From NCBI GenBank assembly GCA_026025075.1, contig JAPEUI010000008.1, forward strand, positions 1 to 64,000: a stretch of 64,000 nucleotides of DNA, written 5' to 3'. Below the pieces are notes generated by a model that searched no databases, was not told the origin of the DNA, and saw nothing but the letters and a program-made list of their open reading frames with translations. The stretch comes from Vezdaea acicularis. Taxonomy: Eukaryota. Below, piece by piece: positions 12,007-24,076 of this stretch (positions within the stretch are counted from its first letter, which is position 1; each line of letters begins with the position of its first letter). A program made the position numbers and the translations under genes.

Positions 12007-15000
12007 ATGGCCGAAGCGCTAGCAATCGTCAGCCTAGTCGCCGCTATCGCCCAGTTTGTCGCCTTGGGGGGCAAGGTACTGGATCGTCTTAATGATTTTA
12101 GGCAGAGCGTTGAAGATCTACCAAAGACCTTTCGCAATATCGCTCGCCAGCTGCCGCTATTGATTGATACTCTCAAACGAACGCAAAGTCAGGCCGATTC
12201 TGGCTGTTTGAGCGAAGAGACTGCTAGGGCTCTCAACCCAATAGTCGAAGGATCTCTAGCCAATGTCAAGCAGCTAGGGGATATACTAGCTAAAGCGCTA
12301 CCTTTGGAGAAGGATTCGACCTGGAGGAGACGTATTAAGGCTCTTGCTAGTCTTGCGCATGACAAAACCATCGAGCAGATTTCTTCCGAGCTTGGTTCAA
12401 ATGTGGGCGTGTTGACATACTACCAGGCCACAACTAATTCGGAGTTCGCCAGTTTTACGCCGGATAAGAACTTGACTACGTTTGATAAAGAAAAAGACTA
12501 CCAATGCTTGTGCGATTTGCGATTGACTGATCCTCGGGATGACAAAATTAGGATTGAGCGGAGTAAAGATGATCTGCTCAAAGATTCATACACGTGGATC
12601 CTTGAAGATCCAGCTTATGAAGATTGGAGCCAAAATGACGGTACACAGTTGCTTTGGATTAAAGGTGATCCTGGCAAAGGCAAGACAATGTTGATGATAG
12701 GTCTCATTAACGAGCTATCAAAGCAATTAGAATCGACAGCTGGCTCGAGCATACTATCCTACTTCTTCTGTCAGGGCACTGAGCCTAATCTCAACAATGC
12801 AGTATCCGCTCTCAGGGGCCTGATCTACCTGCTGGTTGTTCAACATAAGACCCTTATCCGACATGTGCGGAAGAGGTACGACAGTTCAGGAAGACCTTTA
12901 TTTGAAGATTCCAACGCATTGTTTGCTTTATCGACAATACTCTCAGATATATTGCATGACTCCAGTCTTACAAGGGTTTATTTAATGATAGATGCTCTTG
13001 ATGAATGCAATTCTGAGCTATCTCATCTCTGTGACCTAATCGCTCGCAATTCTTCCGAACCTTCTAAGGTTAAGTGGCTTGTATCAAGCCGTAATAAGCC
13101 TGAAATACAAGAAAGGCTGAGATCAGGTTGTTCTCGTGGTAGAATCAGCCTCGAATTGAATCCAGTTCACGTTTCACGCGCAGTCAATGCTTTCATCGAC
13201 TTCAAAGTCTCTAAACTAACAGAATTAAAGGCATACAAAACCAAACTTCGCGATGAGATCAGAAACTATCTCTATTCGAAGGCGGAGGGGACCTTTCTCT
13301 GGGTGGCTCTGGTCTGCAAAGCGCTTCAAGGGGTGCAGGGTCGAAAGACACTCTCTACTCTGGAAAGTTTTCCATCTGGCTTAGAGCCGTTTTACGAGCA
13401 AATGATGAAACAAATCCGCGATCTCAAAGATGGCGATGACGTTAAATCATGCATGCGGATTCTTTCCTCAGTCACGCTGGCATATCGTCCTCTTCATCTA
13501 AAAGAGTTGATTATTGTTGCCGACCTCCAAGAAGAGCCTGATGATGTCGAGTCGTTGAACGAGTTGATAGATCTGTGTGGTTCGTTCCTTACTGTCCGTG
13601 AAGAGACCGTTTACTTTATTCATCAGTCAGCTAGAGATTTCTTAAGCGCTAGCAAAGTTTCACAAGTATTTCTTTCAGGCCAAGGAGAGGAGCATTGCAA
13701 GATTACAATGCGATCTTTAAAGGCCATGTCTAATACTCTAAGAAGAGATATTTGCAACCTACGAATGCCGGGTACCCTCATAGATGAGTTAGACGACGTC
13801 AATCAAGGCCCTTTAAACCAAATTCGGTACGCATGCTGTTATTGGGTCAACCATCTTCGTGACGCCAGACATCTTCCGCCGAAACAAATCGGCATCTGCG
13901 ATAGCGGAGAGGTCCATGAATTTCTCCAGAAGCATTTCCTCCATTGGCTTGAGGCCCTAAGTCTTATGGGAAATATGTCCGAGGGGGTCATTATGGTAAG
14001 AACTTTAGAGTCAATACTTGTTGTAAGTGTTTCTGTGAATCTATACCATAGCCTTCCTCACTAAGTTATCGAAGCCTGAACCTAAAGTAGCGCCGCTATT
14101 ACTCGCTCTGCTTCGTGATGCAAAACGTTTTATCCTTTACCATAGGTTGATCATCGAAAAGGCACCGCTCCAAGCATACGTTTCTGCTCTTATGTTCAGT
14201 CCGAAAGAGAGTTTGATAAGGGAACAATTTTCTAGTGAAGCGCCATCGTGGGTCAAGATCTGCTCAAGGATGGAGCAGAATTGGAGTCCATGCGTTCAGA
14301 CACTCGAAGGCCACTCTGGTATGGTCATGGCGGTCACATTCTCGCCGGACGGACGGCGGCTTGCATCTGCTTCGGACGACAAGACAGTGCGGCTATGGGA
14401 CGCAGAGACAGGAGCTCTTCAGCAGACACTCGAGGGCCACTCTGGTTGGGTCAGTGCGGTCGCGTTCTCGCCGGACGGACGACGGCTTGCATCTGCTTTG
14501 TGGGACAAGACGGTGCGGCTCTGGGATGCGGAGACGGGAGCTCTTCAGCAGACGCTCGAGGGCCACTCTAGTTGGGTCAGGGCGGTTGCGTTCTCGTCGG
14601 ATGGACGGCGGCTTGCATCTGCTTCGGACGACAAGACAGTGCGGCTATGGGACGCAGAGACAGGAGCTCTTCAGCAGACACTCGAGGGCCACTCTAATTG
14701 GGTTAATGGGGTCACGTTCTCGCCGGACGGACGGCGGCTTGCATCTGCTTCGGAGGACAAGACGGTGCGGCTCTGGGATGCGGAGACGGGAGCTCTTCAG
14801 CAGATGCTCGAGGGCCACTCTGGTTGGGTCAGGGCGGTCGCGTTCTCGTCAGACGGACGGCGGCTTGCATCTGCTTCGTGGGACAGGACAGTGCGGCTCT
14901 GGAATGCAGAGACGGGAGCTCTTCAGCAGACGCTCGAGGGCCACTCTGATTGGGTCATGGCGGTCACGTTCTCGCCGGATGGACAGCGGCTTGCATCTGC

Positions 15001-16210
15001 TTCGAGAGACAAGACAGTGCGGCTCTGGGATGCGGAGACGGGAACTCTTCAGCAGACGCTCGAGGGCCACTCTAGTTGGGTCAGGGCGGTTGCGTTCTCG
15101 TCGGATGGACGGCGGCTTGCATCTGCTTCGGACGACAAGACAGTGCGGCTCTGGGATGCGGAGCCGGGAGCTCTTCAGCAGACGCTCGAGGGCCATTCTA
15201 ATGGGGTCCGGGCGGTCACGTTCTCGCCGGACGGACGGCGGCTTGCATCTGCTTCATCGGACAAGACAGTGCGGCTCTGGGATGCGGAGACGGGAGCTCT
15301 TCAGCAGACACTCGAGGGCCACTCTTACTGGGTTGAGGCAGTTGTGTTCTCGTCGGACGGACGACGGCTTGCATCTGCTTCGTGGGACAAGACAGTGCGG
15401 CTCTGGGATGCGGAGACGGGAGCTCTTCAGCAGACGCTCGAGGACCACTCTAACTGGGCTTATGCAGTTGTGTTCTCGCCGGACAGACGGCGGCTTGCAT
15501 CTGCTTCACAGGACAAGATAGTGCGGCTCTGGAATGCGGAGACGAGAGCTCTTCATTCGACGCTCGAGGGCCACTCTAGTTCGGTCCATGGGGTCACTTT
15601 CTCGCCGGACGGACGGCGGCTTGCATCTGCTTCACAGGACAAGACAGTGCGGCTCTGGGATGCGGAGACGGGAGCTCTTCAGCAGAAACTCAAGGGTCAC
15701 TCTCGTTCGGTCATGGCGGTCACGTTCTCGTCGGACGGACGGCGGCTTGCATCTGCTTCACAGGACAAGACAGTGCGGCTCTGGGATGCGGAGACGGGAG
15801 CTCTTCAGCAGACACTCGAGGGCCATTTTGACTGGGTTGAGGCAGTTGTGTTCTCGCCGGACGGACGGCGGCTTGCATCTGCTTCGGGAGACAAGACAGT
15901 GCGGCTCTGGGATGCGGAAACGGGAACTTGTCAACAAACAATGAAGGACTGTTATAACTTCGTTTTAGGCTCTTCCGGTCTAAAGACTCTCTTTTCAATT
16001 TCCAATCAGGGTAAGGTCTGGTCTTCATACACTCTAGATAATTACCAGAACAATTGGGTAATCTGGCAAGGCTGTAAAGTTCTATGGCTTCCTCCAGAAT
16101 ATAGACCTACTCGCGCAAGGTTCCAGAATAACATCCTTGCAATGGGACACTCATCAGGTCGAGTTATTGTGATCACCTTTAGTTTAGACGATAGCCCGTT
16201 CAAAAAGTAA
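12007..16210 (+). CDS. NLR-like NWD protein: helical N-terminal domain (SesA/NACHT_N-like) - NACHT - 13 highly conserved WD40 repeats (HET-E-like architecture without a HET domain)
   Basis: N-terminus MAEALAIVSLVAAIAQFV; Walker A WIKGDPGKGKT; Walker B LMIDALDEC; KWLVSSR, GTFLWV and FIHQSA motifs. One intron at ~14023-14090. 126-bp GH...WD repeats span 14300-15930. Confidence 0.93.
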
Positions 16211-16632
16211 GTTTGCATCTTCAAAGCTGTAGCAAAGGGACTCATGAATGTTTAGCTGTACACCCTCTCTGCTACCTAGTTCACCGTCTAAGTAATAAGC
16301 GCATTTCAGCCTGACTGCGCTGGAAGAGCGCTCGGTCACCGGAGAGCTGCAGTGCGGGATCGTAAGTGTTGTACATTTGCAAAATCGTGCCTCCCACATT
16401 AATCATACCCTAAGTACGGCGATCAACGAATTCATTCGTAATAAACTTAGCTCACAGATTACCTGGGGAGGTCTTCGATGTATCAGTTGAACAAATACCT
16501 CAGTGAGTGCAGGTAGTTCCTGATTCCTGGGAGTTATACCATATATTGGCGGTCTCGTAAATGTACCACACTTACGACCCCCTACTATCGGATAGGAAGT
16601 GGGTTGAGTAGTAAAGAAAACCTCAAAATCTA

Positions 16633-17826
16633 CAGTGCCATGTCATAAATGTTCGTCCGATTTAAGCGAAAAATGGTCGTCGCGACCCCAATCAATTAAT
16701 ACTTCGTATACCAGCCATCTGCCTCAATTACCGCGTTAATCCTTCATGGCATGCTATCTAATAGGTTCTGAAAGGAATCCTCCGGAATCTGCTCCCAAGA
16801 TTTAGGTAGAACTGAGCCCAAAACTTCCCTAATCTGCCCAGATCCTTTTGCGCGTGATAGTCGGCCCTCGTCAATCTCATGCATCCCATTTTTGAGCGGA
16901 AACCATTGATGTTCAATGGGATTTAGGTTAGGGGAATATGGAGGCCAATCTAATACCTTAATTCCCATATTTTCAAGCCATTGAGTGACTTGTCCAAAGG
17001 TATGAATTGGAGCATTATCATGCATAAATATCGTGTCTTCGTCTAGTAGAGTTGGAAGTTGAGTTTGTAGAAGGTCCAGATAGATTTTGCCAGTGATTCC
17101 ACCTTTTGCACTATTTGAATCCCCTTCCATTACCACTAACTCAGATCTCCTTTCACCGGAAAATGCTGCCCAGACCATCACTGAAATTCTCCCATTTGGA
17201 TTTGAATGTGTTATAGCGTAGGGCTTCCATTTGTCTTCTGGGGGGTCGAAGTACCCAAACTTGATCCATTCCAGACCCTCGTTGTACTGAACACTCATCA
17301 CTAAATGCCACCTTTGAGCAATCTTTAATTGTCCAATCTCTTCTTGCTAAACACCATTGAAGTCTTCTTTGGGCTCGAAGAGTATCAAGAGGAGGTCTCT
17401 TGGCAGCTTTCCATTTGCGCTGGCCTTCTGCAAAAATCCGACGTTTAAAGGAGCTGAGACTAAGCTGTGGACAGATCTGAGCATTGGCAAACCGATAAAT
17501 GGCTGTAGGCATAGCCTTAAACTGTTCAATTATTCCTTGGTCCTGTTCTTTGGTTGTTTTTCAAGGTCGGCCTTGTCGCGTCCGGGACTTGAACAGGCTT
17601 CGACCCATGCCTTCAGCGGCCCAGATACTCTGACAGGTGGTCTTAGGTACCCCTGTCTCACTTGAAATATCCCCAAAGCTCTTGCCTCCTGCCCTCAATC
17701 CACATATAAAAGCCCTCACGGTCGGGTCGTGCTCGCGGCGCTTTGGGATCGTTCTGATCGGTGGCATGTTTTTGGTGTGTCGCAAAAATTCACGAAAATC
17801 GGACGAACACTTATGACATGGCACTG
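16633..17826 (-). mobile_element. Tc1/mariner (IS630-Tc1) DNA transposon, 1194 bp, with a decayed transposase
   Basis: TIRs cagtgccatgtcataaatgttcgtccgattt and aaatcggacgaacacttatgacatggcactg; TA duplication at 16631-16632 and 17827-17828. HTH segment, FSDE, HDNAPIH and WPPYSPNLNPIE are split across frames with stops (e.g. MP*RINAVIEADGWYTKY). Confidence 0.95.
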
Positions 17827-18128
17827 TACTAGCCCGGCAAACTACGGCGGATTCTTACCAGCCATCTTTTGGCGTATACCCGAATTTGGGTTTTGAATCA
17901 AGATACGGGAGACAGCGGCTGACTGATTGCTTGCAGGGATCTGCGATTTAGGGACCATGTATCTCGGGAAATGTTCCTTGTAGTGACTCGAGGAAGATTA
18001 CCATTCCCGCCCCCCAACTCAAAATCTTCATCCTGCCCAGTGCGTATGCGGCAGTCGTCATAGAGAGATTTGAGAAACTTGAATGCTGGATGGATGGAGA
18101 TTTCTCCGAGAAGCACTAAGCACGTTCG

Positions 18129-18717
18129 AAGCGGTTGACGAAATTGATGGCGCTTAAGCAAGTGATGGGCATTTTTTACCCATCGGTATATTTATATGGG
18201 GATTGATGATAAATATTCTTAGTATGAGCTCAATAGTGCTGCTTCGGGTTCAGCCAGCAGCTTGGCAGAACGTTTTGTGCCTTCGAGCTTGTAGTGTTCG
18301 GCCATGGGGGAACTTCTTTTTTGTGCCTTCGATTAAGTAGCTTTTAGTTATGGGGGATCTTCCACTTATTGCCTTTGATTAAATAGCTTTAATTATGGGG
18401 GAACTTTCATGATATATCTTCGATCAAGTAGCTTTTAAATATGGGGGGACTCCCATTTATTGCCTTCAATTAAGTAGCTTTTAGCTATGGGGGAACTCCC
18501 GTTTGATACCTTCAATCAAGTAGCGTTTAGCTACGGGAAACTCCTGTTTAATGCCTTTGATTAAGTAGCTTTTAGCTACGGGGGAACTCCCGTTTATTGT
18601 TTTTGATTAAGTAGCTTTTAGCTATGGAAGAACTCCCGTTTTGTGCCTTTGATCAAGTAGCGTTTAGCTACGGGGGAACCCCCATTTAATGTGCCATCAA
18701 ATTTTGTCCGCAGCTTT
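18129..18717. repeat. Inverted-repeat-bounded unit containing ~9 tandem 46-bp repeats with a GGGGAAC(T/C)CCC mini-hairpin
   Basis: Left end aagcggttgacgaaattgatggcgc and right end gtgccatcaaattttgtccgcagctt are inverted. Units start at about 18278, 18324, 18370 and continue to ~18644. Confidence 0.85.
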
Positions 18718-19021
18718 GAGTATACATTAGGTCTCGCTCATTGCATAACAAGGTTGCATAGGGGAATGTTGGTGTTGAGGCTGAAAATGCTACTCAAAAC
18801 TAGACCGTCGCAATTGGTCAGTATAAATAGACCCATGTCCTGCGGTGGCAGCCTTGTGGAGGCACATCAACATCGTTTCTGAGGATCACGCAATGTCAAT
18901 AACGCCAGTTCACCGGAGCTTTCTGCCTTAAGACATCATTTTGGCTCCATTTAACCCTTGCACTAGATCCACAAACGCGACCCTTGCCACTTAATGCGGG
19001 GAGAGTCTACCATTTTTCAAG

Positions 19022-19318
19022 ATGCCTGGCAAAGATCTTTGTCTCCTGTCCCTCGACGGTGGCGGTGTGCGAGGATTGTCGTCACTTGCAATCCTTAAGA
19101 GACTTATGGAGACTATTAATCCGGAGGCACCACCAAAGCCTTGCGAATACTTTGATATGATTGGGGGAACAAGCACTGGTGGATTGATGGCTATAATGCT
19201 TGGTCGTCTGAAGATGGACATTGACAAATGCATCGAAGCCTACGTGGCACTGTTTGATCGAGTTTTCAAGACGAAACGGCACCGCGTCAAGTTAAATGGG
19301 CAAGTGCAAGGGCGTTTT
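19022..19318 (+). pseudogene. 5' fragment of the duplicated patatin-NB-ARC-TPR gene
   Basis: Near-identical to 32611-32908 (DGGGVRG, GTSTG). Similarity stops abruptly after ...GQVQGRF. Confidence 0.9.
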
Positions 19319-19377
19319 TTTAGCAGCAATTTATTGGTTAAGTCAAGGCCGTTTCTTCTAGAAGTGATAATCTTTCA

Positions 19378-20732
19378 TTATAGGTCGGCCAAAATAACGT
19401 TGCCGACCTTGTTTAATTGTCTTAATTTTACATAAGCAATATCCTCAGCACACTGGCAAGACTTGTTAGCAATGGCTTTGACTTGTAAATCTTCATCCTC
19501 GATATCATATTCGTGAATTACACGACATTTCATGCAACGAGGTGTGGGTTCAAACCAATTTCGTTGTTTAGCGTGTATAATTGGCGCAAAATGAGACTGT
19601 GCACACTCTCTTGCGTAAGTGAATGGCGCCCACTTTTTGCGATTTACCAGCGGGAGAACAAAAGGTACCTGATTAGGTGCCATTGGCGTGGGTTTGCGGC
19701 CAGCATACTCCTCAATCAAACGAACCGTTACCAGGCTCTGAAAATTGGCAAGTGCTATGCCAGTTGCGTTTCGAGTGTATCCAACTGCTTGGTATCGTCT
19801 TTCTGGTGTTGTAAGGTTCGTATCAGATTGATTACAAAAACGAGCTTTTAACTCTTCGTCATAATGATTTGAACCTTGTATAAACCGACGTTGCCGTAAT
19901 GCTGTAAAGTTCGTTGTCAAGGCTGGTACATTGACGTATCCCATATACATAACTGTGGAACCAATAATTAGACTTCTTTCCGGAAGAGTTGACTGAGTAA
20001 CAAAAATGCAATTAGAAAACCCATCGTGATTATCAGGATTATAATTAGCTGGGAAATGATTTGCTATGGCGATCTGTCGTAAATTTGCCTGAACGGCATC
20101 TGATAAATATCAAGTAAGTATATGCCTAAATCTTGTCCTGAATTGCTAAGGAATCAAGAAAGAACGTTCTTACCTGGATTTTTGATACGATCAGCTGCAT
20201 TGTGTACCATGAGGTATATTTGAACTACCAATTCTAATGGTGGTTCCGCCGGTATCATTTGCACCCGTGTAATGTCGTCATTAATGCTATTAACACCTTG
20301 TTCTAGCCAAGTCTTTGGTAAACTTGCAAGTACACTGAAGAAGTTGCCGAGGTTTCGCAAAAATGTAATCCAGTCCGGGCCCTCTGTTTGAGCTACCGAA
20401 TTCACTTCAGTCTGTTTGGATATCCATGATGAGTAGTGCGACATAGCACCATAAAAGTATAACATAATCCATGTTAGGCGGCTGGCTGAATTCACGACTT
20501 CGGAAATAAAAAACGATTGATATTTGGGATCTTGATAAAGATTATAGACAGAAGCCATCATCTTGGTTAAGTTATCTGTTAGGCTTGCATATTTTAAGAC
20601 TCGGCTGTTGATAAGCGCCCTATCTTTAGGTAAAAGACTGAGATCATAAGCTTTCCATGAAGCGACAGAGCCAACTGCCGCCCCCAGTGGTACTAATCTC
20701 TGGGAAATAAATGCGGCCAGTGTGGCTTCCAT
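19378..20732 (-). CDS. Module gene A1: unknown ~426-aa protein with C-terminal PRCMKCRVI...CQCAE (putative permuted zinc-deaminase-like domain)
   Basis: ORFs 20154-20732 and 19378-19950 join in frame through a GT-AG intron at 20100-20173 (...KNP/DAVQANLRQ...GFSNCIFVTQ...IIGSTVMYMG). Homologous to 24077-25196. The deaminase label is inference. Confidence 0.75.
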
Positions 20733-21064
20733 TTGATAGCTTTTCGGAAAAAAAGCTTGAATGATAGAAAAACTTTGGTCTTCAAGCTATTTGTTGCTCA
20801 CTCAACAGAAGATTTGCCTGCAGCATTAAGGTACGTCAACAGCTCAGCTCTAGACATGCTCACAGCTAAAACTCGGCTCCGGCCCTGCCATTTAGGGCTT
20901 TGACAGTGGCGCTTGCATGAAATGATAAATTGGATCATTTCACGGCCTTAACATCAGCATCAGGTTTGCACGTTAGTTGTGAACACCTGTGCAATATACA
21001 GAACCAGTCACTGCATAGAATTCTTGGGAGAAACCTTCCAGACCAAATTCTATATTACGAAGAA

Positions 21065-22115
21065 ATGGAGAAAATCAGCGTTACTCAAAGCCTTTTGGCT
21101 GATTTAAGTGAGTCAGAGGACCATTGCAACGCGTGGTCTTTTTAAGTCGTTGAACATGACTGACGTTTATTTAGGCTATAGCAATCTCCTTCAAACAGTC
21201 CAGTTACCCACTCAGAAAGCCCTGCAGCAATTGCAGCAGATTCAGCAAAAGATCGACACACTACCTAAATCTAGCAAGCCTATACAACCAGGGATGCAGC
21301 CCTCGAAGTTCTTAAAAGCCCTTGCTGAACTCAATACTGCAAATCCAGATACTCTTCAAGACTTTCTAAATGCGACCCAAGTCTGGCCCTCAGCCAATTT
21401 ACCCAAACCCATTCCTATAGGAACGCATGACAGTATACAATATTTTATCAAAGTTTCTGACAAAACTGTTCATCAAGATTCTAGCTCCGCTGCGATCCCG
21501 ACTCGTGAAGTTTTCTACGGGATCTTCACCTACGAGACACTAAGTATTTTGAGAAGTCAATCTACAACGACTCACCTTGATTATGACTCGCTAGCCAAAA
21601 ATGCGGATGATTCTTATGAGAGTTTTGTTTCTGAGGCAGAAAGAGTCCCGTTAGGCCAAACTATAATCACAGACCTCAAGTACGGGTTTGGCATTGGGAG
21701 GCTCTATCACAAAACATCAAAAGCAGCCGATATGGAGGACACTGGCTTCTACGTAATATGCAACGCTGTCGATAAGAGTATTTGGATTGCCTTTGATTTT
21801 GAGCCTTATGGCGAAACAGGCGATATCAACCTTATACAGCCAGAGTACGGTGATCCCTATGGAACGCTGCCTCTGGACACGCAGAAAATGGTGATAGGGG
21901 TTATGAGACTCTTCACAAAGGAGTGGACAGCGAGGAAACCCCTGTCTTTAGATGACGGAGATCCGTTTTGTAACGGGGCGGGCATTCCACTAACATGCAA
22001 GCTAGTGGCAAAATCAGCATTTGTAGCAGATGTGCTTAATGCCATCAAGGCTGGCAGGGCTAAAGATACATTAAGCAGGTCCTCATGGTCATTCAAAGGA
22101 CCTAAAGCCTCCTAG
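21065..22115 (+). CDS. Module gene B1: unknown ~327-aa protein, divergently transcribed partner of A1
   Basis: ATG at 21065 (MEKISVTQSLLADL). Intron 21108-21174 (gtgagt...ctgac...tag) rejoins ORF 21108-22115 in frame. Shares motifs with 26708-27709. Confidence 0.75.
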
Positions 22116-22133
22116 TACTTAACTCTTAGATGT

Positions 22134-23151
22134 GCGAGCACCGAAGGGGTACGAGAAGGCCAGGGGTTCAGATCACCCACCTGCGCTCAACAGGGTCAAC
22201 AACCTAGGCGTTCTGTATAAGGGTGAAGGCAAGCTGGCGGAAGCTGGGGTCATGTACCAGCGAGCATTGAAGGGGAGGGAGAAGGCCTTGGGTCCAGATC
22301 ACACATACACGCTCAACACAGTCAGCAACCTAGGCTTTCTTTACAGCAACCAAGGCAAGCTGGCGGAGGCTGAGGCCATGTTCCAGCGAGCATTGAAGGG
22401 TTACGAGAAGGCCTGAGGTCCCAATCACACATCCACGCTTGACACAGTCAGCAACCTAGGCGACTTGTACCGCAACCAATGCAAGCTGGCGAAGGCTGAA
22501 GCTATGTACCAGCGAGCATTAAAAGAATATGAGAAGGCCTGGGGTCCAGATCACACATCCGCGCTTGATACAGTCAACAACCTAGGCGTTCTATACAAGG
22601 CTCAAGGCAAGCGGGCGGAGGCTGAGGCCATGTACAGGCGAGCATTGAAGGCGAAGGAGAAGGTCTGGGGTGCAGGACACACATCTACACTTGACACAGT
22701 CAACAACCTAGGCAACCTGTACAGCGAGCAAGGCAAGCTGACGGAGGCTGAAGCCATGTATCGGCTAGCATTGAAGGGGTTCGAGAAGGCCTGGGGTCCA
22801 GATCACACATCCACGCTCAACACAGTCAACAACCTAGGCATCATGTACGGCAAGCAAGGCAAGCTGGCGAAGGCTGAGGCCATGTACCAGCGAGCATTGA
22901 AGGGTTGCGAGAAGGCCTGGGGTCCAGATCACACATCCACGCTCAACACCATCAACGACCTAGGCAATCTGTACATGTCTCAAGGCAAGCTGGCGGAGGC
23001 CGAGGCCATGTTTCAGCGAGCACTTAAGGGTTACGCAGATGCCCGAGGTCTTGCTCATCCGAGAACAGAGTTAATCAATAGAAAACTGCAAGCGCTACTG
23101 GAGAAAAAGAAAAGGCGAAAGCAAGATATTATCCGCAAATTTCTTTTTTAA
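22134..23151 (+). pseudogene. Orphaned TPR 3' fragment of the duplicated patatin NLR (7 repeats)
   Basis: Same repeat family and C-terminus (YADARGLAHP.TELINR.LQ...KKK) as 34371-36398. It has no start, an internal TGG>TGA at 22414-22416, and begins 19 bp after the B1 stop. Confidence 0.9.
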
Positions 23152-23597
23152 CAAATGGAAGCAATGGTCGAGTCTGAGAGATGGGGTTATGAGCCCAAAT
23201 TATGTTTACTTAAGAAGATACTCTACGAATGAGGGAAATCATGATAAGCAAAGCTTTTTATATAGAGCTTCCGGACCACGCTAATCTGATGAAATCTCAT
23301 GACGTCCGATCTCGCATTTCGGTCTTTTGAGAAGGCCTTCTATCGATTCCAAGCTTCATATCCAATTGCTGAACCAATTCAGGGTTGCCCGAAGCTATGG
23401 CAGCCAGGACAAGTTATGACGCGAAGGTGCTCTGAACAACACGGTTGGTTTAAAGTCGCAGCAGACGGGAAGGGAATCTACCGATGAATATGAGGAGGAC
23501 ATTCCCACGCCTGAGCTGCCCATCAAAAGATACTGACGCCGGCGTGAGCTTGTACCGCGGCAGAAATTTCCGAACCTCAGCCGCACTGTCTTCAGCA

Positions 23598-23868
23598 CGA
23601 TGCGGTGGACAAGATTGATGCCGTAGAGGCGAATAGTGGGCTTGTTTACCCATGGGCGCGCGTTACTTTCAGCAGTTCCGATATCGTTGGCAATCAATGA
23701 TGAACATTCTCAGTGTTGGCTCAATAGTACTACTCCTCGCTCTTGTTGGATTATTATACTCCGGGTTATATCTGCGGCCTGGCAGGGCCGATTTGTACCT
23801 TCGAGTGTAAAGCATTTAGCTACGGGGGAACCCCCGTTTAATGCGCCATCAGTTTTGTCCACAGCTTT
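23598..23868. repeat. Another copy of the inverted-repeat-bounded unit, with one 46-bp repeat
   Basis: gcggtggacaagattgatgccg...gctcaatag...ccttcgagtgtaaagcatttagctacgggggaacccccgtttaatgcgccatcagttttgtccacagcttt, colinear with 31991-32303. Confidence 0.8.
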
Positions 23869-24076
23869 GAAAGTAGACTAGTGGAGGATCAAATCAAAAT
23901 ATCACATTGGGGTGAAGACTAGACTACGAGATACTACTGAACCAAAAGAAGGTAAGAAGAACCATCGTCTCATCACTTAAAACCCACCAATCTCTCTCCG
24001 ATATGTGCGAAAAAAATAACGAAAAATCTTGAAGCATTGTAGACGAGTTGGATACCCTCCTGCTTTCCTGCTTTTC

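Larger units (their letters stand above)
16372..23424 (+). repeat. Segmental duplicate of 31451-36673 (upstream region, patatin NLR 5' exon, TPR end and 3' flank), interrupted by a Tc1 element and by a two-gene cassette
   Basis: Colinear similarity by eye: 16372-16632 to 31451-31690, 17829-19318 to 31691-32908, and 22134-23424 to ~35130-36673. Confidence 0.88.

Noticed and set aside
14235..15944. Long Arg-rich alternative-frame ORFs over the WD40 array
   Set aside because: By-product of a stop-free 126-bp repeat. The same applies to antisense ORFs over the TPR and ankyrin arrays.
18278..18690. CRISPR-like array
   Set aside because: The units are contiguous tandem repeats with no unique spacers, the context is eukaryotic, and there are no cas genes.
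22414..22416. TGG>TGA stop as evidence of RIP or of activity of the neighbouring putative deaminase
   Set aside because: The context is not CpA, and other changes in the remnant are not clearly C>T biased. A single site is uninformative.
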